From the NCBI RefSeq assembly GCF_963528945.1, contig NZ_CAURWX010000003.1:265674-329673 (forward strand): a stretch of 64,000 nucleotides of DNA, in the 5' to 3' direction. The position numbers were made by a program, and so were the translations under genes. Positions 49,206 to 59,729 of this stretch are shown one piece after another. Below the pieces are notes generated by a model that did no database searches, was not told the DNA's origin, and was given only the letters and a program-made list of their open reading frames with translations. The first letter of the stretch is position 1. Each line of letters begins with the position of its first letter. Source of the stretch: an uncultured Microbacterium sp. GTDB taxonomy: Bacteria; Actinomycetota; Actinomycetes; Actinomycetales; Microbacteriaceae.

Positions 49206-50167
49206 CAACGATCCGCCTCGTAGTAGACGAACTTGTTGCTGAACTTCACCTGGATGACCGTGATGATCATGATGATGACGAAGAGCAGCCAGGCCATGGC
49301 GGCGGCGAATCCGAAGTCGAACTGGCGGAACGCCTGCTGGAACAGGTAGATCGCGTAGAACAGCGACGCTTCGGGCGACGAGTTGCTCTGGTCGCGCCAG
49401 AACAGCACGTAGGCCTGATCGAACACCTGGAAGGCGGCGATCGAGAGCACGATGACGTTGAAGAACATCGCCCCGGAGATCATCGGCAGGGTGATCGAGA
49501 AGAACCGGCGCACCGGGCCCGCGCCGTCGAGCGAGGCCACCTCGTAGAGCTCGGTCGGCACGTTCTTGAGGGCCGCGAGGAAGATCACCATGGTGCCCGC
49601 CACGGTCCACAGCGTCATGAGCACGATGCTGGGTTTGATCCAGGCGGGGTCGACGAGCCACTGGGGTCCGTCGATGCCGAAGAGCCGCAAGAACTGGTTG
49701 ACGGCCCCGGAGTTGCCGTTGAGCAGCAGGAAGAACATGGCCGCCGTCGCGACCGCCGGGGTCATCCTGGGCAGGTAGTAGAGGGTGCGGAACACGCCGG
49801 AACCCCGACGCACCCCGGCGAGCAGCATGGCGAGCACGAGCGCGACGATGATCTCGAGCGGCACCGCCATCACGGCGTAGAAGAGGGTGTTGCCGAGCGA
49901 GACGGCCACGCGCGGATCCTCGAAGAGGTTGGCGTAGTTCGCGAGCCCGATGGGCTTGGCGGAGTTCGTCGCGAGGTTGTACGAGCTGAACGAGATGACG
50001 AGGCTGTAGATCATCGCCCCGGCGGTGAAGATGGCGAAGCCGATGATCCAGGGCGAGATGAACAGATATCCCGCGATCGCTTCCCGCCGGTTGTAGGTGA
50101 CCTTGCCCCGCCGCGCGCGTTCGAGCCGCTTCTCGGCTCGCCGCTCCGTCACGGACTGGTCTGACAT
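49205..50167 (-). CDS. carbohydrate ABC transporter permease (MalF-like)
   Basis: 320 aa with the EAA loop YEVASLDGAGPVRRFFSITLP. Its stop overlaps the next start by 1 nt. Confidence 0.85.
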   Translation of the reverse strand: MSDQSVTERRAEKRLERARRGKVTYNRREAIAGYLFISPWIIGFAIFTAGAMIYSLVISFSSYNLATNSAKPIGLANYANLFEDPRVAVSLGNTLFYAVMAVPLEIIVALVLAMLLAGVRRGSGVFRTLYYLPRMTPAVATAAMFFLLLNGNSGAVNQFLRLFGIDGPQWLVDPAWIKPSIVLMTLWTVAGTMVIFLAALKNVPTELYEVASLDGAGPVRRFFSITLPMISGAMFFNVIVLSIAAFQVFDQAYVLFWRDQSNSSPEASLFYAIYLFQQAFRQFDFGFAAAMAWLLFVIIMIITVIQVKFSNKFVYYEADR

Positions 50168-50331
50168 GAGCGTGACAGTAGAAGCGCTTCTCCACTTCCG
50201 CGCGGGGGTTGCAACTTCTCTGGAGATGTGATTCCGCTGTGAATCGCTTCTCTCCGGCGAAACGACCTGGTAGTGGAGACGGAAGAGGGGGCGGATGCCG
50301 CAGCATCCGCCCCCTCTCGACCCTCCGGGCC

Positions 50332-51963
50332 TCAGACCGCGACGTCTCCGACGAGGTTGACCTTGATGCCCATGCCGTCCAGCATCGCCGCCTTGGCAAT
50401 GAGGGCCTTGTCGGCCGTCTCGGCGTCGGGCGCGTAGACGAGCTGCGCGTGGTTGGCCTTGTGGCGGGCCATGAACTGGTCGCGCGAGACTCCGTGCAGC
50501 ACGACGTGAGCGATCGGCCACTCCGGGTTGGTCGCGTCCTTGCGGCGCTGGGTCTCCTCCTCCGGCAGCTCGATCACCGACGCGCGGAAGATGTCGGCCT
50601 GCAGGATGCCGTCGGCGATGAACACCCGCGACAGCACGATCTCGCCCGGCTTCGAGACGCCGTTGATCGTGGCGCCGCCCGCCGGGAAGAACACGTGACC
50701 CTGGCGCCAGCCCTCGGCGTTCTGCCATCCGCCCAGGTGCGAGGCCGGAACGGAGCCCGAGATCTCGTACACCCACACGAACTGCCCGTCATAGTCCTCG
50801 CCCCAGCGCACGTCGTGCAGGGTGTTGTCGGGCACGAGGCCCATCGCCCGCCACACGCGGTCGGTGACGAGCGCGTCGACCGCGACGCCCTCGTCGGCCT
50901 CGTTGAAGTGGGGGAAGGCGCGACCCTCGTGCAGCACGCGCGAACCGTCGCGCGAGGTCACCGGCGGACGCTCGGTCGAGTTGAGGATGCCCTCGGCCAG
51001 GTCCGAGGCCGGAACCAGGTCCTTCAGGCCCTGCTGGTACTGGATACCGACCGCGTCGAGGCCGAAGTCGTCGGCGATGCGGAGGGCGGCGATGTACATC
51101 TTCAGCTGCCACTGCACCTGGTCGCGGGTGAGCTCGGTGGCGGCGTCCTCGCCGTAGCGGAAGGTCATGCCCGCGTCGATCAGCCAGTCGTATGCGGCAT
51201 CCGCCTCGGCATCGGTGACCTCGAGCATCTCGGCGTACAGCGCCGACTGCGACAGGCGCTCCTTGTAGATGCCGGTGGCGTTGAGCAGCTCGTCGTCGAA
51301 GATGGCGTTGTACATGCCCATGCAGCCCTCGTCGAAGACGCCGATGATGGCCTTCTCGGCGAGCAGCTCGGCGGCGAGCGCCTCGCCCAGCTCCTTCTCG
51401 GGGCTGTCGGGCAGGGCGGGCAGAGCGCGCACGTGCGAGGCATCGTGCGTGATCGAGCCGGTCTCGGTCCATTCGCGGATGCCGGACTGGAACCACTCGT
51501 CGGTGAAGTCGACCGACCAGATCGTGGCGTACGGCTTGTCCATCTTCGTCAGGCCGGCGTTGAGGCCGAGCAGACCGACGAGTCCGGGCCAGTCGCCCGC
51601 GAAGTTCGCGACGGTCAGGATCGGGCCCTCGTGCGTGCGGAGACCGGCGAGCACGTGGTGCGAGTACTGCCAGACGGCCTCGGCGACGATGAGCGGAGCA
51701 TCCGTCGGGATGTTCTTGAACACCTCGAGGCCCATGCGCTGGCTCGAGATGAAGCCGTGACCGGTCTCGGGGTCGACGTCGTTGGCGCGCACGACCGTCC
51801 AGCCGAGGTCGTTCAGCACGCCGGTCACGCCGGCTTCGAGCTCGACCTGGGTGGGCCAGCCGGCCGTGTTGGCCGACTCGCGCAGGTCGCCCGAGGCGAT
51901 GAGGTAGGCGGTCTTGGGGGCGGATGCCGGGCGCGATGCCGGCGTCGGGAGCGTGTAGCTCAT
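50332..51963 (-). CDS. L-fucose/L-arabinose isomerase family protein (substrate unknown)
   Basis: 543 aa. Overall pattern (TAYLIASGDLRESAN..., GVFDEGCMGMYNA...) resembles COG2407-type sugar isomerases. Assigned from memory only. Confidence 0.6.
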   Translation of the reverse strand: MSYTLPTPASRPASAPKTAYLIASGDLRESANTAGWPTQVELEAGVTGVLNDLGWTVVRANDVDPETGHGFISSQRMGLEVFKNIPTDAPLIVAEAVWQYSHHVLAGLRTHEGPILTVANFAGDWPGLVGLLGLNAGLTKMDKPYATIWSVDFTDEWFQSGIREWTETGSITHDASHVRALPALPDSPEKELGEALAAELLAEKAIIGVFDEGCMGMYNAIFDDELLNATGIYKERLSQSALYAEMLEVTDAEADAAYDWLIDAGMTFRYGEDAATELTRDQVQWQLKMYIAALRIADDFGLDAVGIQYQQGLKDLVPASDLAEGILNSTERPPVTSRDGSRVLHEGRAFPHFNEADEGVAVDALVTDRVWRAMGLVPDNTLHDVRWGEDYDGQFVWVYEISGSVPASHLGGWQNAEGWRQGHVFFPAGGATINGVSKPGEIVLSRVFIADGILQADIFRASVIELPEEETQRRKDATNPEWPIAHVVLHGVSRDQFMARHKANHAQLVYAPDAETADKALIAKAAMLDGMGIKVNLVGDVAV

Positions 51964-51996
51964 GGTTCCTCCGTTGCTGGTGGGCCGGTTCGAGGG

Positions 51997-53493
51997 TCAG
52001 GGGCGGGCGGCGCCGCGCTGGTCGGCGGCGAGTTCGTGCACCACGTCCTTCGTGCCGGCGTAGAGGCGCACGTACCGGTCGAAGAGGGTGTCGTACGTCG
52101 CCCGCAGGTCGGCGTTCGGGGTGATCGTCTCGGTCACCGGGTTCCAGTCGGTGATGAGCGGGGCGTCGCCGTCGGGCGCGATGGCGACGGCCGCGAGGAA
52201 GGCGGCGCCGTAGCTCGCACCGATCGTGGTCGCGGGCACCTCCTGCACGAGACCGGTGACGTCCGAGACCACCTGCAGCCAGAGGCGACCCTGAGTGCCG
52301 CCGCCGACGGCGACGATGCGGCGGATGTCGGCGCCCGCCGCGCGCATGGTCTCGACGTTGTGCCGCACACCGAGGGCGGTGGCCTCGAGAGCCGCACGGT
52401 ACAGATCGCCGCGGGAGTGCTCCAGGGTGAGGCCGACGATCGCGCCACGGGCATCCGGATCCTGGATCGGGGTGCGCTCACCCGCGAAATACGGCAGCAC
52501 GAGCAGACCGCGGGCACCGGGCCCGGACGCCTCGGCCTCGGCGAGCAACTGCGGGTAGTCGGCGTCGGTGAGGTCTTTCAACCAGGCGGTGAGCGCGCCC
52601 GAGGTCGAGAGGCCGCCGGCGAGGTTGCGGGTGCCGGGGAACGCGCCCGCCGTGGTCCACATCGACGGGGTGCGGAGGGTCGCGTCACCGGTCGCGACGA
52701 GGAACATCGTCGTGCCGTACATGAGCATGAGATCGCCGACCTCGTGGGCGCCGACGCTGACGGCCTCGGTCCAGGCGTCGATCGTGCCGGTGATGACGGG
52801 GGTGCCGGCGGGGATGCCGGTGAGCGTGGCTGCGGCGGGCGTCACGGTGCCGGCGACATCACCCGCCCAGGCCAGCCGGGGCTGCACGATGGCCGTGGCG
52901 TAACGGCCCCAGAACGGCGCGTGCCAGCGCTCGTGCTCGATGTCGTAGAGGGGTGAGACCTGGCTGGCCGACTGGTGGTCGAGCACGTAGGCGCCGGTGA
53001 GCTTGCGGGCGAGCCACGACGCCGGCATGAAGAGGCGGCGGGCGCGGGCCCAGGCATCCGGCTCCTCCTCGGCGACCCACGCGATCTTCGGACCGCCGGC
53101 CTGCGAGGTGAGCACCGATCCGCCGACGCGCGTGATCTCGTCGACGCCGAGGTCGGCCGTCATGCGCTCGATCTGGGTCGTGGCCCGGGTGTCGACACCG
53201 TAGAGGATGGCGGGGCGCACGGGCTCGTCGTTCTCGTCGGCGAGCAGCACGCACGGCCCCATGCCGCTGACGCCGACCGCGGCGATCTCGGCATCGGGAT
53301 GCGCGGCGAGCAGTTCCTGGGCGAGCGAGACGAACTCGTCCCACCAGATCGCGGCATCCATCTCGACCCAGCCGGTGCGCGGCCGCGACACGTCGTGGCT
53401 CCGCGTCGCCGACGCGACGATGGTTCCGTCGTCGGCGACCAGCACACCCTTCGTGCTCGACGTCCCGACATCCACCCCGAGGGTGCAGCGCAT
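51997..53493 (-). CDS. FGGY family carbohydrate kinase (xylulokinase-like)
   Basis: 498 aa with the LGVDVGTSSTKGVL N-terminus and AVGGGTQGRLW C-terminal motif. GAGGAGG RBS. Confidence 0.85.
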   Translation of the reverse strand: MRCTLGVDVGTSSTKGVLVADDGTIVASATRSHDVSRPRTGWVEMDAAIWWDEFVSLAQELLAAHPDAEIAAVGVSGMGPCVLLADENDEPVRPAILYGVDTRATTQIERMTADLGVDEITRVGGSVLTSQAGGPKIAWVAEEEPDAWARARRLFMPASWLARKLTGAYVLDHQSASQVSPLYDIEHERWHAPFWGRYATAIVQPRLAWAGDVAGTVTPAAATLTGIPAGTPVITGTIDAWTEAVSVGAHEVGDLMLMYGTTMFLVATGDATLRTPSMWTTAGAFPGTRNLAGGLSTSGALTAWLKDLTDADYPQLLAEAEASGPGARGLLVLPYFAGERTPIQDPDARGAIVGLTLEHSRGDLYRAALEATALGVRHNVETMRAAGADIRRIVAVGGGTQGRLWLQVVSDVTGLVQEVPATTIGASYGAAFLAAVAIAPDGDAPLITDWNPVTETITPNADLRATYDTLFDRYVRLYAGTKDVVHELAADQRGAARP

Positions 53494-53529
53494 GGTGTCC
53501 TCCTCGATCATGCTCGGGACGAGCGTAAC

Positions 53530-53543
53530 TGAAATCGATTTCA
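53530..53543. promoter_or_regulatory. LacI-type operator, perfect palindrome TGAAATCGATTTCA
   Basis: 14-bp perfect palindrome with a central CG, 37 nt upstream of the kinase start. Confidence 0.6.
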
Positions 53544-53616
53544 CAGTGCAAGCGGAAAGTCTGGTTGCGTAGTCAGCATGGGGATGTCGACCGCGTCGAC
53601 CCGTAGCCGAGAACCG

Positions 53617-54594
53617 TTAGCGGGACGCGCTCGCGCGCTGCACCTCGCCGCGCAGCACCACCGTGCGGGCGGGCTGCGCGTCGCCCGCGATGCGCTCGAG
53701 CAGCAGTCGCGCGGCGGTCGTGCCCATGTGCCGCGCGGGCAGTCGCACCATCGTCACCGCGGTCGGCGACAACGTCGTGAAGGGCAGCGAACCCACGACA
53801 GCCACCCCGAACGCCGGCGGGGTGAGCCCGCGCTCGGTGAGCACCTGGATCGCACCCACACCGATGAGGTTGTTACCGGCGACCACGGCATCCGGCGGCT
53901 CGGGCAGCGCGAGCAGCTCTTCCATCGCGGCGCGCGCCCCCTCCACCCGATACGTACTGAAGCGCTGCAGCGTCTCGATGTCGTCTTGCGTGCCGGCGAG
54001 CGCTTCGCGCCAGCCCGCGGCACGGTCGGCCGCGGTGTCGATGTCTTCCGGACCGCCGATGTAGGCGATGCGGCGATACCCGGCCTCGATGAGCGACGAG
54101 GTCGCGGCGATCGCCGCCTCGCGGTTGGCCATCACCACTCCGTCGAGGTCGTAGCGGGTGGCGCGGTCGACCGCCACGACGGGACGCCCGGTCGCGAGGA
54201 TGCCGTCGAGCTCGGTCGTCGGTGAGGCCGTGGCGATGATGACGCCCGCCATGTTCTCGGCGACCGCGATCTGCAGGTAGGTCTGCTCCTTCTCGGGCTG
54301 CGAGTCGGAGTTGCACAGCACGACCGAGTACCCCGCCTCGGACGCCACGTCTTCGACGCCGCGCGCCATCTCGGTGAAGTACGGGTTCTCGATGTCGGGG
54401 ATCACGAGCGCGATCACCTCGGCGCTGCGCCGCCGCAGCGTGCGGGCGGCGCGGTTGGGGGTGAAGTCGAGTTCGGCGGCCGCGCGGCGCACCGCCTCGA
54501 CCTTCTCGGGCGACACCTTGGTGCCGTTGAAGACCCGCGAGACGGTGGCCGGCGAGACTCCGGCGCGCGACGCGACGTCGTAGATCGTGGTCAT
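53617..54594 (-). CDS. LacI family transcriptional regulator
   Basis: 325 aa with HTH TIYDVASRAGVSPATVSRVFNG. Confidence 0.85.
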   Translation of the reverse strand: MTTIYDVASRAGVSPATVSRVFNGTKVSPEKVEAVRRAAAELDFTPNRAARTLRRRSAEVIALVIPDIENPYFTEMARGVEDVASEAGYSVVLCNSDSQPEKEQTYLQIAVAENMAGVIIATASPTTELDGILATGRPVVAVDRATRYDLDGVVMANREAAIAATSSLIEAGYRRIAYIGGPEDIDTAADRAAGWREALAGTQDDIETLQRFSTYRVEGARAAMEELLALPEPPDAVVAGNNLIGVGAIQVLTERGLTPPAFGVAVVGSLPFTTLSPTAVTMVRLPARHMGTTAARLLLERIAGDAQPARTVVLRGEVQRASASR

Positions 54595-54686
54595 GTGCCG
54601 CCCTTTACCGATCGGGCCCGTGCCCGGATGCTTCACCCTACCGGCCCTCCCGGCACCGCCCTCCGTCGGATCACCCGAGGCGACGG

Positions 54687-55604
54687 TCAGGCCGCATCCT
54701 CCTCAGCGGTGGTCGCGATGTGCTCCTGCAGCTGCGTGAAGACCTCGTCGAGGCGCGCTCGTCCGGCGTCGTCGAGGCGCGGCAGCGGCGACCGGCACTC
54801 CCCCAGCGGCGCCGACAGCTTGCCGCCGAGGTACTTCGCGGCACCGAACACGCCGACCTCGACCATGCCCTCGACCGTGTCGTCGATGCGCACCTGCACG
54901 GCGCGCGCACCGGCGAGGTCGCCCGCGGCGAACCGTCGCCGCAACGACCGGAACAGCTCGATCTGCAGGCTCACCGTCGTGCCGATCGCCCCACGCGCGC
55001 CGATCGAGAGCGCGGGCAGGTAGAACTCGTCGAAGCCGTTCACCACGGTCTGATGCGGATGCCGTCGCAGGATGCGCTCGGCCCCGTAGAGGTTGCGCGA
55101 GGTGTGCTTCACCCCGATCACCTGCGGCAGCGCGAGCAGCTCGTCGAACCCGCCCTCCGAGATGTCGCGCCCGGTGAACTGGGGGATGTTGTAGAGCACG
55201 AAGGGCAGGTCGACCTCATCGATCACCGTGCGGAAGTGCCGCACGACGTCGGGCGTCGAATACCCGTAGTACAGCGGCGGGATCATCGAGATCGCGGCGA
55301 CTCCGGCATCCTTCGCGGCCTGCGCGATGCGTACGGCCTCGCGGGTCGACATCGCGCCGACGTGCGACAGCACGGGCACGCGTCCGGCGACGGCGTCGAC
55401 CGCGGTCGCCGCGACGGCGATGCGCTCGTCTTCCGAGAGCAGCACGCCCTCGCCCGACGACCCGCACACGTACACGCCCTCGACGCCGCGGCGCACGTCG
55501 CTGTCGAGCATGGCGGCGAGCGCCTCGTGGTCGACGCTCTCGTCTGCGCGCATCGGCGTGACCGCGGCGGTGAACAGCCGCTCGCCCAGCACCTCGCTCA
55601 CCAT
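54687..55604 (-). CDS. dihydrodipicolinate synthase/N-acetylneuraminate lyase family (class I aldolase) protein
   Basis: 305 aa with GVYVCGSSGEGVLLS and IGVKHTS (Schiff-base Lys region). 7-nt overlap with the upstream SDR gene. Confidence 0.8.
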   Translation of the reverse strand: MVSEVLGERLFTAAVTPMRADESVDHEALAAMLDSDVRRGVEGVYVCGSSGEGVLLSEDERIAVAATAVDAVAGRVPVLSHVGAMSTREAVRIAQAAKDAGVAAISMIPPLYYGYSTPDVVRHFRTVIDEVDLPFVLYNIPQFTGRDISEGGFDELLALPQVIGVKHTSRNLYGAERILRRHPHQTVVNGFDEFYLPALSIGARGAIGTTVSLQIELFRSLRRRFAAGDLAGARAVQVRIDDTVEGMVEVGVFGAAKYLGGKLSAPLGECRSPLPRLDDAGRARLDEVFTQLQEHIATTAEEDAA

Positions 55605-56431
55605 GCGGTCCACCCGCCGTCGACCACGACGTTCGAGCCGGTCATGTAGGTCGAGGCATCCGATGCGAGGAAGACGAGCGCGCCGTTGAACTCGTTCGCC
55701 TCGGCCATGCGCCCGATGGGCATGCGGGCGGTGTAGTTCGCCTGGAACGTCGCATCCTGCGTGTCGCGCCGCACGCCCGACGGCGTGAGCGTGTTGACGC
55801 GGATGCCGGCACGGCCCCAGTACGTCGCGCAGTAGCGGGTGAGGTTGTAGAGCCCCGACTTCGCCGCCGAGTACGCGACCGGCTTGATGAACGGCACTCC
55901 GGTGAGCTCGGCCTTGTAGGCGTAGATGTCCTGCACCGGCGAGACCATGCCGTAGATCGACCCCACGTTCACGATCGATCCGCCGACCCCGGCATCGCGC
56001 ATCCGCCGGCCCGCCGCCTGGGTGACGAGGAAGGTGCCGACGAGATTCGTGTCGACCACCTCGCGGAACACCTCGACGGGGAACTCCTCGAACGGCCCCG
56101 ACACCTCCGGCGGCGCACTGGGCTGCGTGTCGAGGCCCGCGTTGTTGACGACGACGGTGGGCACGCCCCACGCCTCGGCGACCCGGTCGAAACCGGCATC
56201 CACACTGGCCTGATCGGTGATGTCCATCGCCACCGCGAGCAGTCGGCCCTCGGGGTCGTCGATGCCGAGGCGCGCGGCGGGGTCGGCCACCTCGCTGCGC
56301 GACGTCACCGCCACGCGTGCGCCGCGGCCGTGCAGCTCGCGCACGAACTCCGCGCCGATCTGGCCGAAGCCGCCGGTCACGACGACCACCTTGTCCCGCA
56401 CCGAGAAGAGCGGGTCCGTTCCTTCAGACAT
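55598..56431 (-). CDS. SDR family oxidoreductase
   Basis: 277 aa with VVVVTGGFGQIG (TGxxxGxG), NNAG and YSAAK (YxxxK). Confidence 0.85.
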   Translation of the reverse strand: MSEGTDPLFSVRDKVVVVTGGFGQIGAEFVRELHGRGARVAVTSRSEVADPAARLGIDDPEGRLLAVAMDITDQASVDAGFDRVAEAWGVPTVVVNNAGLDTQPSAPPEVSGPFEEFPVEVFREVVDTNLVGTFLVTQAAGRRMRDAGVGGSIVNVGSIYGMVSPVQDIYAYKAELTGVPFIKPVAYSAAKSGLYNLTRYCATYWGRAGIRVNTLTPSGVRRDTQDATFQANYTARMPIGRMAEANEFNGALVFLASDASTYMTGSNVVVDGGWTAW

Positions 56432-56458
56432 AGATGAGTACTCCAGATCGCAGGGCGG

Positions 56459-57331
56459 TCAGCCCTTGACGGATCCCGCGGTGAGGCCCGACACGATGCC
56501 GCGCTGCGCCCACAGGAAGAAGATGATGGCCGGCAGCGCGAACAGCAGCGCGCACAGCATGACCACGTTCATCGGCGTGTAGAACTGGCCGAGGAACGAC
56601 GACAGCCCCACGGATGCCGGCCACAGATCGCTCGACGAGATGAAGGTGTTCGCGAACATGAACTCGTTCCAGCCGTCGAAGAACGCGATGACCGCGGCCG
56701 CCGCGATGCTCGGCATGATCAGCGGCAGCACGATGGTGGTGAGGATGCGCAGGCGGGAGCATCCGTCGATGCGCGCCGACTCCTCGATCTCGTACGGGAT
56801 CTTGTCGATGCCGCTCTTGATGATGAACATGCTCACCGGCATGACGAACGCGGTGTCGGCGAGCACCAGGCCCCAGTGGCTGTTGAGCAGCCCGGCTCCC
56901 GCGAAGATCGCGTACAGCGGCACGATGATGAGCGCCTCGGGGAGCATCTGCGTGCTGAAGAACACGAACCCCGCGACGCCGCGGCCATGGAAGCGGTAGC
57001 GGCTCAGTGCGTAGGCGGCCATCGTCGCCAGCACCAGGCTGAGGATCGTGGTGCCCGCGGCGATCACGAACGAGTTGCCGAGCCAGCGGAGGATCGGGAT
57101 GTCGGCGAGGAAGCCGCCCCACTGGCCGATGTTCTGCACCTCGGGGAGCAGCGGCTGTCCGTCGCGGTACAGCGACGTCTCGGTGGCGAGCGAGGTCGAC
57201 AGCATCCAGTAGATCGGGAAGCCGGCGAACACCACGAGGAGGGTGATCAGCACGGCCTTGCCGAGGCTGCCGAACTTGGCACCCACGCCGCGACGACGCG
57301 GGAGGTCGGTGGGGATGCGCACGGTGGTCAT
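56459..57331 (-). CDS. carbohydrate ABC transporter permease (MalG-like)
   Basis: 290 aa with the EAA loop EESARIDGCSRLRILTTIVLP. Confidence 0.85.
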   Translation of the reverse strand: MTTVRIPTDLPRRRGVGAKFGSLGKAVLITLLVVFAGFPIYWMLSTSLATETSLYRDGQPLLPEVQNIGQWGGFLADIPILRWLGNSFVIAAGTTILSLVLATMAAYALSRYRFHGRGVAGFVFFSTQMLPEALIIVPLYAIFAGAGLLNSHWGLVLADTAFVMPVSMFIIKSGIDKIPYEIEESARIDGCSRLRILTTIVLPLIMPSIAAAAVIAFFDGWNEFMFANTFISSSDLWPASVGLSSFLGQFYTPMNVVMLCALLFALPAIIFFLWAQRGIVSGLTAGSVKG

Positions 57332-58299
57332 CGCTGGTTCTCCTGACGCTCCTGCAGCTGCTCCACGACGAAGTAGACGACCGTGACGAGCAGCGAGAGC
57401 ACGAGGCCGAGGGCGCCGATCGCGGCGGCCCGACCGAGGTTCTGATCCTGGAAGGCGGTGCGGTACACGTTCACGACGAGCGTGTTCGTGACGTCGAGCG
57501 GCCCGCCGCCGGTGATGAGGAAGATGATCTCGAAACGCCGGATCGACCAGATCGTCATGAGCAGCGTGATGATGCGGATCGTCGGCATGATGTGCGGCAG
57601 CGTCACCGCGCGGAACGACTGGAACCGCGTCGCGCCGTCGACCCACGTCGCCTCGCGCAGCTCGTGCGGCACGCTCTGTAACGCGCTGAGCATGACGAGC
57701 ATGACGAGCGGGGTGAGCTTCCAGACCGTGGCGAGCGTGACGGCGAAGAGGCCGTACTGCGGGTCGACCAGCCAGCCGTGCTGGCCCATGCCGAGCGCGC
57801 TGCTCGTGCGGTTGAGGATGCCCTGCTCGTTGTTGTAGATCCACACGAAGATGAGCGCGGCGGCGACCGTCGGCACGGCCCACGGGATGGTGGCGATGGC
57901 ACGCACGATGCCACGGCCCTTGAACGCCGTGTTCAGCAGGAGAGCGCCCGCCGTGCCGATGCCGACCGAGAAGATCACCGTGAAGAACGTGTAGAGCAGG
58001 GTCGTGATCACCGACGACCAGAAGCGGTCACTCGACAGCAGGTAGTCGTAGTTCTCCAGGCCGACGCCGCGGCCGCCCGCCGGGTTGACCAGCTTCGTGG
58101 CCGTGAACGACAGCAGAACCCCGCGGATCAGCGGGAAGACCGTGAACACCGCGAGATACGCGATCGCGGGAAGGAGGAAGAGGTACGCGCCGTAGCGTTC
58201 GACGAAACGTCCGACCGCGCCGCCGCCACGCTTCCGGCGCGTCTTCGGGGGCGAGGCGGGAGGAGCCGAACGGGGCGCCTCGAGCGTGGGGATGGCCAT
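57328..58299 (-). CDS. carbohydrate ABC transporter permease (MalF-like)
   Basis: 323 aa with the EAA loop REATWVDGATRFQSFRAVTLP. 4-nt overlap with the next permease gene. Confidence 0.85.
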   Translation of the reverse strand: MAIPTLEAPRSAPPASPPKTRRKRGGGAVGRFVERYGAYLFLLPAIAYLAVFTVFPLIRGVLLSFTATKLVNPAGGRGVGLENYDYLLSSDRFWSSVITTLLYTFFTVIFSVGIGTAGALLLNTAFKGRGIVRAIATIPWAVPTVAAALIFVWIYNNEQGILNRTSSALGMGQHGWLVDPQYGLFAVTLATVWKLTPLVMLVMLSALQSVPHELREATWVDGATRFQSFRAVTLPHIMPTIRIITLLMTIWSIRRFEIIFLITGGGPLDVTNTLVVNVYRTAFQDQNLGRAAAIGALGLVLSLLVTVVYFVVEQLQERQENQR

Positions 58300-58373
58300 G
58301 GCCGGGGTCCTTTCGGGAAAGCCGGGGGGGTCGAGGGGCGGGGGATGCGGCATCCGCCCGCCCCTCGCGATGC

Positions 58374-59669
58374 TCAGCCGAGCTCGGCTTCGAGCGTCTC
58401 CTGCACCTCGGCGAGCTTCTGCTTCACGTCGCCGCCGTTGACCCGCAGGTCTTCGACCGCGGTGAGCACCTCGCGCCAGACGACCTTGCTCTCGGTCTCG
58501 AAGCCCTCGACGAGCGTCGACTTCGAGGTCTTCGCGGCCTCGAGGAACTGCGTGGCCCACGGGTTGGCCTCGAGGAACGCGGCGTCGGGCTCGACATCGG
58601 TCGCCATGGCGGATGCTCCGAGGCCGGCGCGGATCGCGGTCTGCCCCTGTTCGCCGAGCACCCAGCGCACGAAGTCCTTCGCGGCCTCCTTGTTGTCGCT
58701 GTTCGCGTTCACGGCGATGATGAGCTGCGAGTTCGAGCCGGGGTTGGCGAGCGGCAGCGGGGCGGCACCGAGCGTCATGCCGTCGACGACGTTGTCGGGG
58801 TTGCTCGTGATCGTCGTCGCGACGCCCGAGTTCTCGAACAGCATGCCGACCTGGCCCTGACCGAACTTGGCGCGGAAGGTCGACGCGTCGTCGCCGATCG
58901 GGGCGACGCCCGAGGCGAAGGTCTCGAGGAACGCCTCGACGGCCTCGACGTTCTCGGCCTTGTCGATCGTGAGCTTCTCACCGTCACTCAGCTCGCCGCC
59001 GAAGCCGTAGATCCAGTTCGCCATCTCGAGGGTCCAGCCGTCGATCTCGGCCGTCTGGTGACGCCCGGCCCAGCCCGCGATGCCCAGCTCGGACTTGATC
59101 GTCTGCGCCGTCGTGAGGAACTCGTCGAACGTCGTCGGCACCTCGAGGCCGAGCTGGTCGAAGATCTCCTTGTTGTAGATGACGGTGCTGTACGTCGGGC
59201 GCTCCCAGTTGAAGCCGTACTGACCGCCGTCGAACACCCCGGCCTCGTTGGTGTTGTTGAGGTCGTCGCCGAGCTCGTCGGCGATGTCGTCGAGGGGCTC
59301 GAGCACGCCGGCATCCACGAGGGAGGCGAACTGGCTGTCCTGCAGCACCATGACGTCGGGGCCGCCCCCGGCGCCGAGCTCGGTGCTGAGCTTGTCGGCG
59401 TAGTTCGCGAACGGGATCTCGACCTTGGTGAGCTCGATGTTGTCATCGGGGCCGGTGTAGCCCTTCACGGCATCCCAGATGATCGGGCCCTTGCCGTCTT
59501 CGAGGAACTGCCAGTTCGAGAAGGTCAGCTCGCCGCCCGCGCTCCCGCCGCCGCCGTCACCGGCGCCACCCGAGGCGCAGCCGGCGAGGGCGAGGACGGA
59601 GACGGCGGCGAGGCCGGTGAGGCGCAGCGCGCGGGGGCGGTGCGACGGGGGTACGGGGGAAGACTTCAC
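58374..59669 (-). CDS. ABC transporter substrate-binding lipoprotein (carbohydrate)
   Basis: 431 aa with signal peptide and lipobox LALAGCASGG. Confidence 0.85.
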   Translation of the reverse strand: MKSSPVPPSHRPRALRLTGLAAVSVLALAGCASGGAGDGGGGSAGGELTFSNWQFLEDGKGPIIWDAVKGYTGPDDNIELTKVEIPFANYADKLSTELGAGGGPDVMVLQDSQFASLVDAGVLEPLDDIADELGDDLNNTNEAGVFDGGQYGFNWERPTYSTVIYNKEIFDQLGLEVPTTFDEFLTTAQTIKSELGIAGWAGRHQTAEIDGWTLEMANWIYGFGGELSDGEKLTIDKAENVEAVEAFLETFASGVAPIGDDASTFRAKFGQGQVGMLFENSGVATTITSNPDNVVDGMTLGAAPLPLANPGSNSQLIIAVNANSDNKEAAKDFVRWVLGEQGQTAIRAGLGASAMATDVEPDAAFLEANPWATQFLEAAKTSKSTLVEGFETESKVVWREVLTAVEDLRVNGGDVKQKLAEVQETLEAELG

Positions 59670-59729
59670 TGTTCACTCCTTTGGGCAGCAAGCTCTGTGC
59701 GTCATTGCATCCGATCTCGCGGCGGGACG

